The translations under genes were made by a program, and so were the position numbers. Shown piece by piece: positions 1 to 9,488 of a DNA stretch of 64,000 nt (positions are counted from its first letter, which is position 1; every line of letters starts with the position of its first letter). The notes under the pieces are model-generated. The model was not told the origin of the DNA. It ran no database searches and saw nothing but the letters and a program-made list of their open reading frames with translations. This DNA is from Nitrospirota bacterium. GTDB taxonomy: Bacteria > Nitrospirota > JACRHJ01. Location of the stretch: positions 778 through 64,777 of the forward strand of contig JAJYHX010000004.1 in the NCBI GenBank assembly GCA_021784575.1. Reading direction: 5' to 3'.

Positions 1-1
1 T

Positions 2-970
2 CCATTTAGGCAATGACAAGATACCCCATGCAAAAATAATTAGAAGATATGAAGTTTCTTTATCCCAGGTTTTTCTAATTAGCCTTCTAAAAATTACGAA
101 GAACACTATTAGAATGATTATTATTGGTATATAGTAGTAAAACTGTTGGGCAAGATACGTATGAATACTGTTCCAGTTGATACCTGAACTTATAAAATTA
201 AAAAATGGTTTGGGGAAAATTTTCCCATATTGGACTTCGGCTCCAACTGCCCATAAAAAACACCAATACACTAAATCTCCCAAGGCATTGTGATAATAGA
301 AATAAAAAACAACTGGCAAGATTACAGCTGCTACCGGCGCAAAAAAGATCAATAGTTCCCGAATCATGCCTTCCAAGTTTATGCGCCTATAGGTATGAAT
401 TTGCCTTAAAAATATCGCGCATATTCCAAGTGCCAGCATAAAAATCCCGGTATCTTGCATAAAAAATAAGTTAAGCCCCGCAAAAACCCCTGAAAGGATC
501 AGCCATTTACACTTCCCTCTATCCAAATATATAAACAACAATGAAATTGTAGGAATACTTAAAGCGGTATAAAACACCTTGTGTGGAAATCCATTTGCAA
601 AGATATAAAGAATACACGCAAGAAATGCAAAAAAAGATGGCATTAATTTCTTTGAGAGCGGGTAAAGAAATATGACACCTACTAATTGTGCCGTGCCCCA
701 CATCAGCCTCTCAACAAGAATGTTTTGACCAAAAATTTTAAAAAGCCCCGCAAGAAGCATGTAGCGTCCGGGCGCATAAACTACTGGAATATTTTTATAG
801 AGGATATCCCCTCTGGCGATCCTTTGTGCTGCAGATAATATGCTACCCTCGTCAAAAAGGTTGAGACCGTACCTATAGGTAGACATCGTGTGTATAATTT
901 GGATGCCTGATAGCAACATTACTAAAAATAATGCATACCCTTTGAATGTTTTTTGGTGCGCCTTGTGCAT
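2..970 (-). CDS. GT-C superfamily (ArnT/PMT-like) polytopic membrane glycosyltransferase, 3'-truncated by window edge
   Basis: Hand translation from ATG 970: MHKAHQKTFKGYALFLVMLLSGIQIIHTMSTYRYGLNLFDEGS..., a TM helix followed by a DEG motif and then many hydrophobic segments. The frame appears open to the window edge, so it is absent from the ORF track. Confidence 0.65.
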   Translation of the reverse strand, partial: MHKAHQKTFKGYALFLVMLLSGIQIIHTMSTYRYGLNLFDEGSILSAAQRIARGDILYKNIPVVYAPGRYMLLAGLFKIFGQNILVERLMWGTAQLVGVIFLYPLSKKLMPSFFAFLACILYIFANGFPHKVFYTALSIPTISLLFIYLDRGKCKWLILSGVFAGLNLFFMQDTGIFMLALGICAIFLRQIHTYRRINLEGMIRELLIFFAPVAAVILPVVFYFYYHNALGDLVYWCFLWAVGAEVQYGKIFPKPFFNFISSGINWNSIHTYLAQQFYYYIPIIIILIVFFVIFRRLIRKTWDKETSYLLIIFAWGILSLPKW

Positions 971-995
971 ATTTGTTTTTTACAATTACTTCTCT

Positions 996-2456
996 CTATC
1001 CCTTTTCTCTTGCCAATATTTTAAAATATGAAATTCCAAACGACATAAGGCGCGATAAAAACCGTAATCGTGGAAAATTCTTAAATAGCGTAAACAAATA
1101 CATCGGCCTAAAATAAAATCTTCGGTATGCCTTTCCTATCGCACTGTTAATGTCTTTGGGGTATAAATCATTAACTTTCACAACTGCATTTTTCCCGTCA
1201 TTATGAAAATAATCATAACTATCCACGGTTATCATATTCTCTTTTATAGCGATACAATAAAATTCGGTTCCTGGAAAAGGTATGGCTGGATAAAATTCTA
1301 CGAAATCCGGGTTTAATTGAATTGCAAATTTGATTGTATTTGTTATGCTTTTTTTTGTTTCTCCGGGTAGACCAAATATAAAATATACAAGCGATATTAT
1401 TTTAGACTCTCTTAACAATTTTACAGTTTGAGTTATTTGATCCGGGGTAGTTCTTTTGCGCATTCTATTGAGCATATCTTCATCGCCACTTTCGCCGCCG
1501 ATCGAAAGCATTGAACATCCAGCTTCTGCCATCAAATTAAACATCTCTCTATCCAAACAATCTACCCTTGTATTGCTCCACCACGTAATATTAAGCCTGT
1601 CCTTTATTATTCCCCTACACAATTCCTTTACAAACCCTGGGTTGTATGTAAAATCGTCTGCGTAAAACCAAAAATGTCTAACATCAAATTTCTCAATATT
1701 CAATTTTATTTCCTCAATGATAGACTCAACAGAGCGGTACCGCACCTTGTAGCCATAAAATATATGGCCTACGCAAAAAATACATCTTTGCGGGCATCCG
1801 CGGCTTGTATTAATAATCAGATAAGGTTTATTAAATACCGGATGAATATAATACTTAATAGGCAAAAATTCCCATGCGGGAATTCCAAGTGAATCTAAAT
1901 TATCGCAAAAAATTGATGGATTTTTTTTTATACTTTGACTTTTTGTTGCAAGACCTGGTATGTCTGTAAAGTTTTTTGTTCCCGCAGAGGCTTCGTCAGC
2001 GATTTTAAAAGCAACTACTTCAGGCTCACCAGAAATTACTGCATCAATTGCAGGATTGTCTTTGATAATTTCATTGGGTGAGACTGAAACATGTACACCA
2101 AATGCGATCAAAAAAACTTTGGGTATTTTTTTTTTAATTTCTTCCGCAGTCTTAACATCATATGAAAAAGTAGGAGTCGACGTATTTAAAAAAATGAAGT
2201 TTGGCTTCCATTCATAAAGTTTTTCATTCAGAGCATCTACGCTTATATTCTCGGCAATACAGTCCCAGACTTTTACCTTGTACCCCCCCTTTGAAAGACC
2301 TGACGCCATATACGCCAATGTCATCTGCGGTATTGAATTTTTTCTGATCTTCTGGGAAAGCTGGCACCGTCCCTCGCGGATAAAAGGAACGGGATATGGC
2401 GGGTTGATCAAGGCAAATTTCAGCGGATTATTAGTGGCCCTTAAACTATTCATCAC
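996..2456 (-). CDS. Cobalamin-binding radical SAM protein
   Basis: N-terminal B12-binding-type domain (LINPP...REGRC); CxxxCxxC in SRGCPQRCIFC; FIFGLPGET motif. Confidence 0.9.
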   Translation of the reverse strand: MMNSLRATNNPLKFALINPPYPVPFIREGRCQLSQKIRKNSIPQMTLAYMASGLSKGGYKVKVWDCIAENISVDALNEKLYEWKPNFIFLNTSTPTFSYDVKTAEEIKKKIPKVFLIAFGVHVSVSPNEIIKDNPAIDAVISGEPEVVAFKIADEASAGTKNFTDIPGLATKSQSIKKNPSIFCDNLDSLGIPAWEFLPIKYYIHPVFNKPYLIINTSRGCPQRCIFCVGHIFYGYKVRYRSVESIIEEIKLNIEKFDVRHFWFYADDFTYNPGFVKELCRGIIKDRLNITWWSNTRVDCLDREMFNLMAEAGCSMLSIGGESGDEDMLNRMRKRTTPDQITQTVKLLRESKIISLVYFIFGLPGETKKSITNTIKFAIQLNPDFVEFYPAIPFPGTEFYCIAIKENMITVDSYDYFHNDGKNAVVKVNDLYPKDINSAIGKAYRRFYFRPMYLFTLFKNFPRLRFLSRLMSFGISYFKILAREKG

Positions 2457-2461
2457 TCGAT

Positions 2462-3199
2462 TTACTTGCCAATATTTTTAACAACAAGAACCAAGTACCC
2501 GATTATAGTTGCATAGTTATTCATTTTACTCGAACTTTCCTTGAGATCATACCGTAATATTAAAGGAACTTCTGCCACAGACGCTTTCAGGCGTATCATC
2601 TTTATTAAAATTTCCGGCGTTGCGGTAAATCCAAGACCTTTCAATTCTATAAAATTATTCTTATAAATATCAATAGCTTTTTGTATTATGTTAACCTTGT
2701 ATGCCCTATAACCACAAGAATAATCTTTAAGACCTTTAACCGGAAAACATGTTTTTGCAAGCAGGTTTGCTCCCCTACTGAAAAATCTTCTATTCCAAGA
2801 CAGACCTACTTGCTGTCCGCCTTTTGCATACCTGGATGCCACAACAATATCGTAACCCTCGTTAAGTTTATCTATCATAGCCGGGATACAACCCGGATCT
2901 TGGGTATCGTCCGCATCCATACATATAGCTACATCGCCATTAGCACCGAGCGTCGCGACTTGTTCAAACCCGTCCCTTAGCGTCTCCCCTAGCCCACGGT
3001 TCATTTTGTGAGTTATTATATTTATGGGGATAACGGCTGAGAGTCTTTCAAGGATTTGCTGTGAATCGTCCTTGCTTCCATCGTTTACGGCTATGATCGT
3101 ATATGGTAATCTGGCGGTTATTAATACGTTTTTAATCTTTGTAATCAGTGTCTCAAGTCTGGCGGCTTCATTGAAAATAGGGAGGATTATGTAAATCAT
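2462..3199 (-). CDS. GT2 glycosyltransferase, polyprenol-phosphate (DPM synthase-like) type
   Basis: LPIFNE, NDGSKD, NRGLG, MDAD, ASRY and DYSCGYRAY motifs. Start placed at ATG 3199 (ATGA overlap with the upstream stop). Confidence 0.88.
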   Translation of the reverse strand: MIYIILPIFNEAARLETLITKIKNVLITARLPYTIIAVNDGSKDDSQQILERLSAVIPINIITHKMNRGLGETLRDGFEQVATLGANGDVAICMDADDTQDPGCIPAMIDKLNEGYDIVVASRYAKGGQQVGLSWNRRFFSRGANLLAKTCFPVKGLKDYSCGYRAYKVNIIQKAIDIYKNNFIELKGLGFTATPEILIKMIRLKASVAEVPLILRYDLKESSSKMNNYATIIGYLVLVVKNIGK

Positions 3200-4038
3200 T
3201 TGATTTTTTGAATTTTTCTGAAATAGACTATCATATAAAACCCCCAATATTGATGAGTAATTTTTTCAAGCCACCATAAAAATTTTTTCATTGCATTAAA
3301 AAAAAAACATTTTCTTCGTGGTAAAAAATCTATTAAACGGCTAAAACCTGTTTGATAGCATTCAATTTTAATATCAAAATGAGAAAAGATTTTTTTTACT
3401 TCACGTTTCGAATATTTATTTAATACGGGACAGTGTAACAGCTCTAATATTGCTGTACCTTTTGTCGGGTTAAGTTCTTTTGGGGCAGAGAGTTTATATT
3501 CCCCGTAAAAACTCTTTAACGATCTAATTAATGAAACAATTGTAGATTGTATAGTATATTTGCGGTACATCATTACAGCCCCATATCCATCAGACTTTAG
3601 CACTTTGTAAATTCCTTCAAATGCTGCTGTTATATCTGGTGTATGATCTAACACTCCATAAGAATAAACAACATCTATTGAATTCTCTTTTATCGGCAGT
3701 TCTTCGGCATCAGCCAAAATTAGATCGATATTAGGACAATTGAGTCTTTTTATTTTCTCGGAAGCTAATCTTATTGAATTTTCGGTGATATCAATACCTA
3801 TAACTTTTCTTGCTTCTTTTGCTAATAGCAACGTATCAAGGCCAGGTCCACAACCTATTTCCAAAACCTTTCTATCTGATAGATTTAAATTTTTTATTAT
3901 TTGTGGAATCCACGGCTCCTTTTTATACCTCCATTCGCTCTGTTCTTCAACGGAACTCCAGGAGCCTCCACAGGGATTGCTATTCCAAAAATGTCTCGAT
4001 AAACTTTTAGCTTCCCTTTTAGATTCTTTAGATCCCAT
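3196..4038 (-). CDS. Class I SAM-dependent methyltransferase
   Basis: VLEIGCGPG motif I, GIDI, ADAEELP, YSYGVLDH. Confidence 0.88.
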   Translation of the reverse strand: MGSKESKREAKSLSRHFWNSNPCGGSWSSVEEQSEWRYKKEPWIPQIIKNLNLSDRKVLEIGCGPGLDTLLLAKEARKVIGIDITENSIRLASEKIKRLNCPNIDLILADAEELPIKENSIDVVYSYGVLDHTPDITAAFEGIYKVLKSDGYGAVMMYRKYTIQSTIVSLIRSLKSFYGEYKLSAPKELNPTKGTAILELLHCPVLNKYSKREVKKIFSHFDIKIECYQTGFSRLIDFLPRRKCFFFNAMKKFLWWLEKITHQYWGFYMIVYFRKIQKIK

Positions 4039-4084
4039 GATTTCTTATACCATCATTCTTGTTTTTTTTCAATAAAAACCATTA

Positions 4085-4118
4085 AGAAAGAAGATGCCCT
4101 CCAGTATGAAGGGCATCT
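4085..4118 (-). terminator. Intrinsic terminator after the large surface protein
   Basis: Stem AGATGCCCT(4092-4100)/AGGGCATCT(4110-4118), followed on the minus strand by TCTTTCTT. Confidence 0.65.
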
Positions 4119-4142
4119 CAAAATTTCCAATTTAGTCAATCG

Positions 4143-7100
4143 CTATGGCAGTGCCTGAACTGCCGCTGTTTCAGGCGAATAACTACTGTTCACCCCGTCC
4201 GTTGTAGCCGAAACCTTGTAATAGTAATTAACACCTGAAGTCGCAGTGGTATCGACAAATGAGCTTGTGCCAGCCGTCACTTGCCCTATCTTCGTATAGG
4301 GACCGCCATATTGGGTTGCGCGCCATATGTAATAGTATGTAACATCCATTGCGCCTTTTGGAATGCTCAATGAATTCAAAGGATCGTCATCAGACAGCAC
4401 CCAACTTACCGTTATTTGTTTCGAGGCTGGCGTTGTAGTAACGCCGTTTGGCGCGAGAGGGTGAAGCACTGCGAGGAAGGCAGTCACGGTATTAGGAGTA
4501 GTATAACCGCTTGTAATTTCCGTATAATCATAGTTAGTAGAGTACCCTTCAATAGGCAGATTGGAGGTAGCCACTGCATATCCGACGGTTCCAGTAGCAA
4601 CTCCCGCCATTTCCGGGCTGAAAGATACAAGCCCCTGAGCGGCCACTGTTTTTGTTTGAGTCAAGATCAATGAACCGCTACTGTTATACCAATTCATTGT
4701 CACGTTAACGGAAGCGCTGTTAGGATTCATGACCGTCTCCCACGTCGTAAAGCCGCTTGAAGACGTAGCGGTTGCCTGAAAATTCCCAAAATACAATATA
4801 TTACCTGAGTATATCGGGTTTTGAAAATTATACGAGGCACCTTGCCCAATGTAATTCGTTGTAAAACCAAGTAAAGATGCGGTCGGCGCTGTGATTATCG
4901 ATGTACCTTTTGTTGTCCATGTAGTTGCGGGACATGCTGGCTCAAGCGCAGTTATTCCACACAAAGCAGGCGTCCAGCTCGCCGAGCCATTTGCTGTATA
5001 ACTTTTAGTTTCTGGCCCCAAGTCGTTGCCCGATATGTCATGCCAATCTGCCGTGACATTTATCGAAGTGCTTGACGAACTTTTTAACGAATACCATGTT
5101 GACCATGTGGCATCCCAGTTACATGGATTTTGATTATAAAAGTTAGAGGTATAGTAAATCGGCACCTGATCGTTGGGAGTAAATAATTCATAGCCATCGG
5201 TCATCTGATAGATATGTGTATTAGTGTCCCAAAAATCGTAACGTATATATCCCAAAACCGGGCTTGGGCAGTCTATCTCGATATTCCCCTTTGTTGCGGT
5301 TATCCCTGCATATTTAGGCGCCCATTTAACGTTTCCATGTGCGGGAATAGTAATATTGATCGGTGTGCCGCCGGGATTTAACAGGGTATTTGTCATATCA
5401 TAAACATAAATGGAAACCGTAACCGCGCTGGCATTAGGATTTTTCAGGAAGAGATATGTAAATTCATCGCGCGAATGAGTGTCATAGTTAACCAAGTTAT
5501 CCCATAAAGGACAGTAGAGGGTCGTATAAGCTTTAGAAGCCGGAAGCATAGCCGGCCCTGATTCCTCTAACGCCGTATTGTTATTAAACACGTCCATATA
5601 TTCGTTGCCTATCAATATCCCCCCCTGCATAGCTATTTCTACACTGCCCGTGGAGGTACTATTGGGGTATGTCGAAGGATCTATCTCAATGCTCTGATGT
5701 GGTCCAAAACTAAGACCGCTTGTGTTGGTGGCATTGCCGTTCATATCGTAAATCGTCATAGTACCTGTTACGCTGTTCGTTGTAGGATTGGATACTTCAA
5801 ATCGCGTTGTCCAACTCTGATTCGGAGTGCTAACACCTTCCACCGAAGTCTCGTTGCCAAAAGCGTAATACATACCTACAAGGGTTCCGGATGGCGCCTG
5901 GCAGGTCGAGGTGTCCAACGGGTCTGTCTGTCTTAAGACTTGGGCACCATCTTTTAGCGTACAACCGTCGGTATTCGGATTGTTCGGGTTTGTATGCACA
6001 TAGTATGCGCTACCGTTATATGTCCCGGCGGCTACTCTGCCCTCTTCCTGACCGTCTGTAAGTCCGTCGCCGTCGCTGTCGGCCTTGGTCATGTCGGTAG
6101 AGGCATTATTGTAGTTATAGTTGTGCACCTGGCCGCTTATGGCGTCCGTATAGCTGCCGGAACCGTTATATGTGCCGTTGAGCTCATCCCCGTTGAGCAA
6201 GCCATCACCGTCGTAGTCGGTGTTTGAGGCGCCGTAGAGGGCATACAGGTAGTTGGTATAGTTGGGGGTATTAGCCCCGTTGGGTTCTGTCCAAGTATTC
6301 CCGTCGTAACTGGTGCCGTCGGTAATTATGCTGAACTTGCTGCTGGTGGCTGTGGCAATATTGCCCGATGCATCGGTGACGGTAGCATATATTTTCCAGT
6401 CGCCGGTAGGCTCTGGCGGAGTAATATTATACCCGCCGATATAAGCAGTCCAGTTCCAGGCAAAGGTACCGTTATAGCTCCCGCCCGCAGTGGATATGGT
6501 GGCCGTCTGTGTGGCAAGCGGCAACAACACCGACGGGGCAAGAACATTGTAATAATACAATTTTACAGTAAGATTTCCGGCGTTCGGGTCTGAAACCGTA
6601 TAACTGATAGTATACGGCGTGGCCGTCGGGACGGTGTCCGCGGCAGGAGTAAGCGACGTAATGGACGGCGGCGGGCCCTGATTAGCGACAAATACCGCTA
6701 TATTGCTGCTCTGGTTGTTTGCAACATACAACTCCTGTCCGCTGTTTCCATAGCCAAGCGCCACACCCGTCGGAGTGTTGAGGTAGCCCTGCGTGGCGCT
6801 GCCGGAATAATTGAATGCGGCATTCAGGGTGGCGCCGTTTATATCGAACTCCTGGACAACCTGCTGTAATGAATCGTCTACAAGAAGACGGTTGAAAATG
6901 CTGTCATACGCCAGGTCGCTTACACGAAGGAACTTGCCAAAACCATCGCCCTCGGCTCCCACGCTAGCTTGCCATGTCGGGGCGGTAGTTATGGCTTTGG
7001 TTGTGTCATTATAAACATAGTAAAATTCCTGCACCCTGTAGTTTCCCTGGTCGCCAACGTAAAAATACTGCGTAGTAGCGGTGCCGGAGTCACTGCTGTT

Positions 7101-7691
7101 GGCGAAAGTTATACCTGATGGGAAATAAAAATACCCGTTTGTATTACCGGAGGTGCCAAAGTATGAATTATAGCTTCCATCGGCGTTATAAATAAGTACG
7201 ACGTCGTTGTCGCCATCAGCGACAAATATCTGCCCGGAAGGAGCGATCGCAATGCTGTCCGGGAAGCTGATTACAGAAGACGGGGCGGGCGCAGCCGGTG
7301 CCGGAAGCTTATTGCCAGTAGTGCCGGGCAGGTTGGTCAAGACGCCGGTTTTGTCATATATCCATACGCATTTGTTGGTGGAATCGCCCACGAATATGTT
7401 ATTGGTATCAACGGCTACGCCGACTGGCGAACCGCTGATGGAGAATGAAAACTGGTAGTTGTAATTTTTGTCGTATTTCCTGACTGCGTAATCGCCCCCT
7501 CCGGCGTCGGTAACATAAATGTCGCCGTTTGCCGAATCAACCGCGATCTTGTCTGGCTGCAAAAGATTCCCTGAACTTATAGCAGTCGTGTATGTTCCAT
7601 ATCCCGCCGCCCAGCTCTTGGCTGGACCAATGGAAACACCGAAAACAACGACCAGCAAACCTGCAAGGCAAAATAACCCGAGCCTCCTCAT
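4143..7691 (-). CDS. Large secreted/surface protein: NHL beta-propeller, Ig-like region, DxDxDG Ca-binding repeats, four repeated beta domains, C-terminal FN3-like domain
   Basis: Signal peptide MRRLGLFCLAGLLVVVFG...SWA at ATG 7691; NHL repeats (IAVDS..GDIYVTD, IAIAPSGQIFVAD); DYDGDGL and DSDGDGL; terminal YYYKVSA; Thr/Ser/Asn-rich. Confidence 0.8.
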   Translation of the reverse strand: MRRLGLFCLAGLLVVVFGVSIGPAKSWAAGYGTYTTAISSGNLLQPDKIAVDSANGDIYVTDAGGGDYAVRKYDKNYNYQFSFSISGSPVGVAVDTNNIFVGDSTNKCVWIYDKTGVLTNLPGTTGNKLPAPAAPAPSSVISFPDSIAIAPSGQIFVADGDNDVVLIYNADGSYNSYFGTSGNTNGYFYFPSGITFANSSDSGTATTQYFYVGDQGNYRVQEFYYVYNDTTKAITTAPTWQASVGAEGDGFGKFLRVSDLAYDSIFNRLLVDDSLQQVVQEFDINGATLNAAFNYSGSATQGYLNTPTGVALGYGNSGQELYVANNQSSNIAVFVANQGPPPSITSLTPAADTVPTATPYTISYTVSDPNAGNLTVKLYYYNVLAPSVLLPLATQTATISTAGGSYNGTFAWNWTAYIGGYNITPPEPTGDWKIYATVTDASGNIATATSSKFSIITDGTSYDGNTWTEPNGANTPNYTNYLYALYGASNTDYDGDGLLNGDELNGTYNGSGSYTDAISGQVHNYNYNNASTDMTKADSDGDGLTDGQEEGRVAAGTYNGSAYYVHTNPNNPNTDGCTLKDGAQVLRQTDPLDTSTCQAPSGTLVGMYYAFGNETSVEGVSTPNQSWTTRFEVSNPTTNSVTGTMTIYDMNGNATNTSGLSFGPHQSIEIDPSTYPNSTSTGSVEIAMQGGILIGNEYMDVFNNNTALEESGPAMLPASKAYTTLYCPLWDNLVNYDTHSRDEFTYLFLKNPNASAVTVSIYVYDMTNTLLNPGGTPINITIPAHGNVKWAPKYAGITATKGNIEIDCPSPVLGYIRYDFWDTNTHIYQMTDGYELFTPNDQVPIYYTSNFYNQNPCNWDATWSTWYSLKSSSSTSINVTADWHDISGNDLGPETKSYTANGSASWTPALCGITALEPACPATTWTTKGTSIITAPTASLLGFTTNYIGQGASYNFQNPIYSGNILYFGNFQATATSSSGFTTWETVMNPNSASVNVTMNWYNSSGSLILTQTKTVAAQGLVSFSPEMAGVATGTVGYAVATSNLPIEGYSTNYDYTEITSGYTTPNTVTAFLAVLHPLAPNGVTTTPASKQITVSWVLSDDDPLNSLSIPKGAMDVTYYYIWRATQYGGPYTKIGQVTAGTSSFVDTTATSGVNYYYKVSATTDGVNSSYSPETAAVQALP

Positions 7692-7806
7692 AACCCACCG
7701 CCTTTTCTGTTTTAAATTTGAAATCTCAAAATGAATAAGTTCTGAAGTTATGCGTCTCTTCCTTAAAAACTCTATAAAATCAAAGCTATCTTCAGTATAT
7801 ATTGGA

Positions 7807-7823
7807 AGCAATAACTATGCCAA
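7807..7823 (-). promoter_or_regulatory. Sigma54 (-24/-12) promoter of the surface protein gene
   Basis: Minus strand TTGGCATAGTTATTGCT has the exact GG-N10-GC spacing, with an AT-rich tract upstream. Confidence 0.75.
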
Positions 7824-8060
7824 AGCATTAACAATCCGGCTTCTTACGGGCTGCGCAGCCCTCAATCTCCCTATTAAAAAAAGAAAAAATAATCTTGAAA
7901 GGTTTTAAATTCAAAAAACGCTCCAAAATCGCAATTTCCTCTAAATAAATCAAAAAAATCAGCAAAATCAAACTATTAAGCCATATAAACAAACGTTGGC
8001 CGCGCCTGATTAGCCGCAATGCAATCAGTATTTTCACTCAAACGGCTTGAGTGTTTTTGC

Positions 8061-9473
8061 TCAAATCTTGAATAATTTGATGCCGGCCCTGGCCTTGCTC
8101 TTCAGTTCCGAGAACGACTTTAAGCCCTTGATGCCCTTCCAGATATACCCGGGCCGGAGGTAGAAGTCCTTGTATCCCCTGTGCAGGAGTTCCACAAGTT
8201 CCTCCCTGTCAAGGTATTCATCCCATACCTTCGGGGTAAAACCGGCCTTCGGGGTCTTGGCGAATTCCCGCCAGTAGTCGTCTTTCAGGACACCCCTTTC
8301 AAACCCCATGCGGTAGAGGTCCGTCTCCGGAAAGGGCGTGGTAATGGCCAGGTGCAGGTAATCTGGGGACAACTCCCCCGCCAGACGCAGGCTTTCTTCC
8401 ATCTGCGCCCTCGTCTCGCCCGGGGAGCCTATCATAAAATACGCCAGGATGGATATTCCGGCGTCTTTTGTTTCCCTGAATGCCCGGCGCACCTGTTCTA
8501 TGGTTATCCCCTTCCTCAAAGTCTTTATCACTTCAGGGCTTCCCGCCTCAACGCCGTAATGGATCCGCTCGCAGCCGGCGTCCTTCATGGCCTTTAACAT
8601 CTCCGGGGTTATGGTATCCACCCTCGCCCGGACGTCCCAGCCAACCTTCAAGCCGCGTTCCGTTATCTCCCGGCATATCTCTGAGACACGCTCCTTTTTT
8701 ACGGTAAACGTGTCGTCGTATATCAGAAACTCCCTAATCCCCAGGCCGACGCACTGCTCCATTTCATCCACGACATTCACGGCCGGGCGCGGGCGGAAGC
8801 GCTTGCCAAGGTGCGGCCTGTCGCAAAAAAGACACCTGAAGGGGCAGCCGCGGCTGGTTATCATAGTGGTCACGGGCTGCGTTTTTGCGATGAGCGAGTA
8901 ATATTTTCTGTAGGGCGTTAGGTCCCTCGCGGGGAAGGGGAGCGAGCCTAAATCTTCGATAAGCGGCGGGTTGCCGGTATTTATAATCTCACCGTTATGC
9001 TTAAACACCAGGCCCCTTGTTTTCCTCAGCGCGGCGGGGTTGTGCAGGTTGTTAACAAGCGCGGAGAAGACCTCCTCGCCCTCCCCCAGCGCCAGGAAAT
9101 CCACGCCCGGCAGGTTTATGGTTTCCTCCGGGTAGATATACGGGTGCGGCCCGCCCATTACGACCTTTATCTCTTTGTCTATCTCCTTTACAAGCCTTGC
9201 CGTCTCGCAGGCGTCAACGAGCGTAAAGGTCGTGGCCGTAATCCCTACCACATCCGGCTTTTCAAGCGCAATGCGGCTTTTTAGCTCAGGATAACCCAGT
9301 TCCTCGACGACGGCGTCTATTACCTTTATCTCGTGCGGGGTGTTCTCGCGGGCATAGGCCGCGACATAAAGTATGCCGAGCGGCGGGTTATACCCGCGTT
9401 CCTCGTCCACGACGGACGGTATATTGTTGGTTATAAGGTTTAGCTGCGGCGGGTTTACGAGGAGGACTTTCAT
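8061..9473 (-). CDS. Cobalamin-binding radical SAM protein
   Basis: LLVNPP...PPLGILYVAA B12-binding region; SRGCPFRCLFC; YDDTF; FMIGSPGET. Confidence 0.92.
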   Translation of the reverse strand: MKVLLVNPPQLNLITNNIPSVVDEERGYNPPLGILYVAAYARENTPHEIKVIDAVVEELGYPELKSRIALEKPDVVGITATTFTLVDACETARLVKEIDKEIKVVMGGPHPYIYPEETINLPGVDFLALGEGEEVFSALVNNLHNPAALRKTRGLVFKHNGEIINTGNPPLIEDLGSLPFPARDLTPYRKYYSLIAKTQPVTTMITSRGCPFRCLFCDRPHLGKRFRPRPAVNVVDEMEQCVGLGIREFLIYDDTFTVKKERVSEICREITERGLKVGWDVRARVDTITPEMLKAMKDAGCERIHYGVEAGSPEVIKTLRKGITIEQVRRAFRETKDAGISILAYFMIGSPGETRAQMEESLRLAGELSPDYLHLAITTPFPETDLYRMGFERGVLKDDYWREFAKTPKAGFTPKVWDEYLDREELVELLHRGYKDFYLRPGYIWKGIKGLKSFSELKSKARAGIKLFKI

Positions 9474-9488
9474 TATGCCTGAAGTTTC

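Noticed and set aside
7692-8037. ORF 7828-8037 and the 40-aa extension of the surface protein
   Set aside because: AT-rich regulatory DNA containing the sigma54 promoter; the signal peptide begins at 7691.
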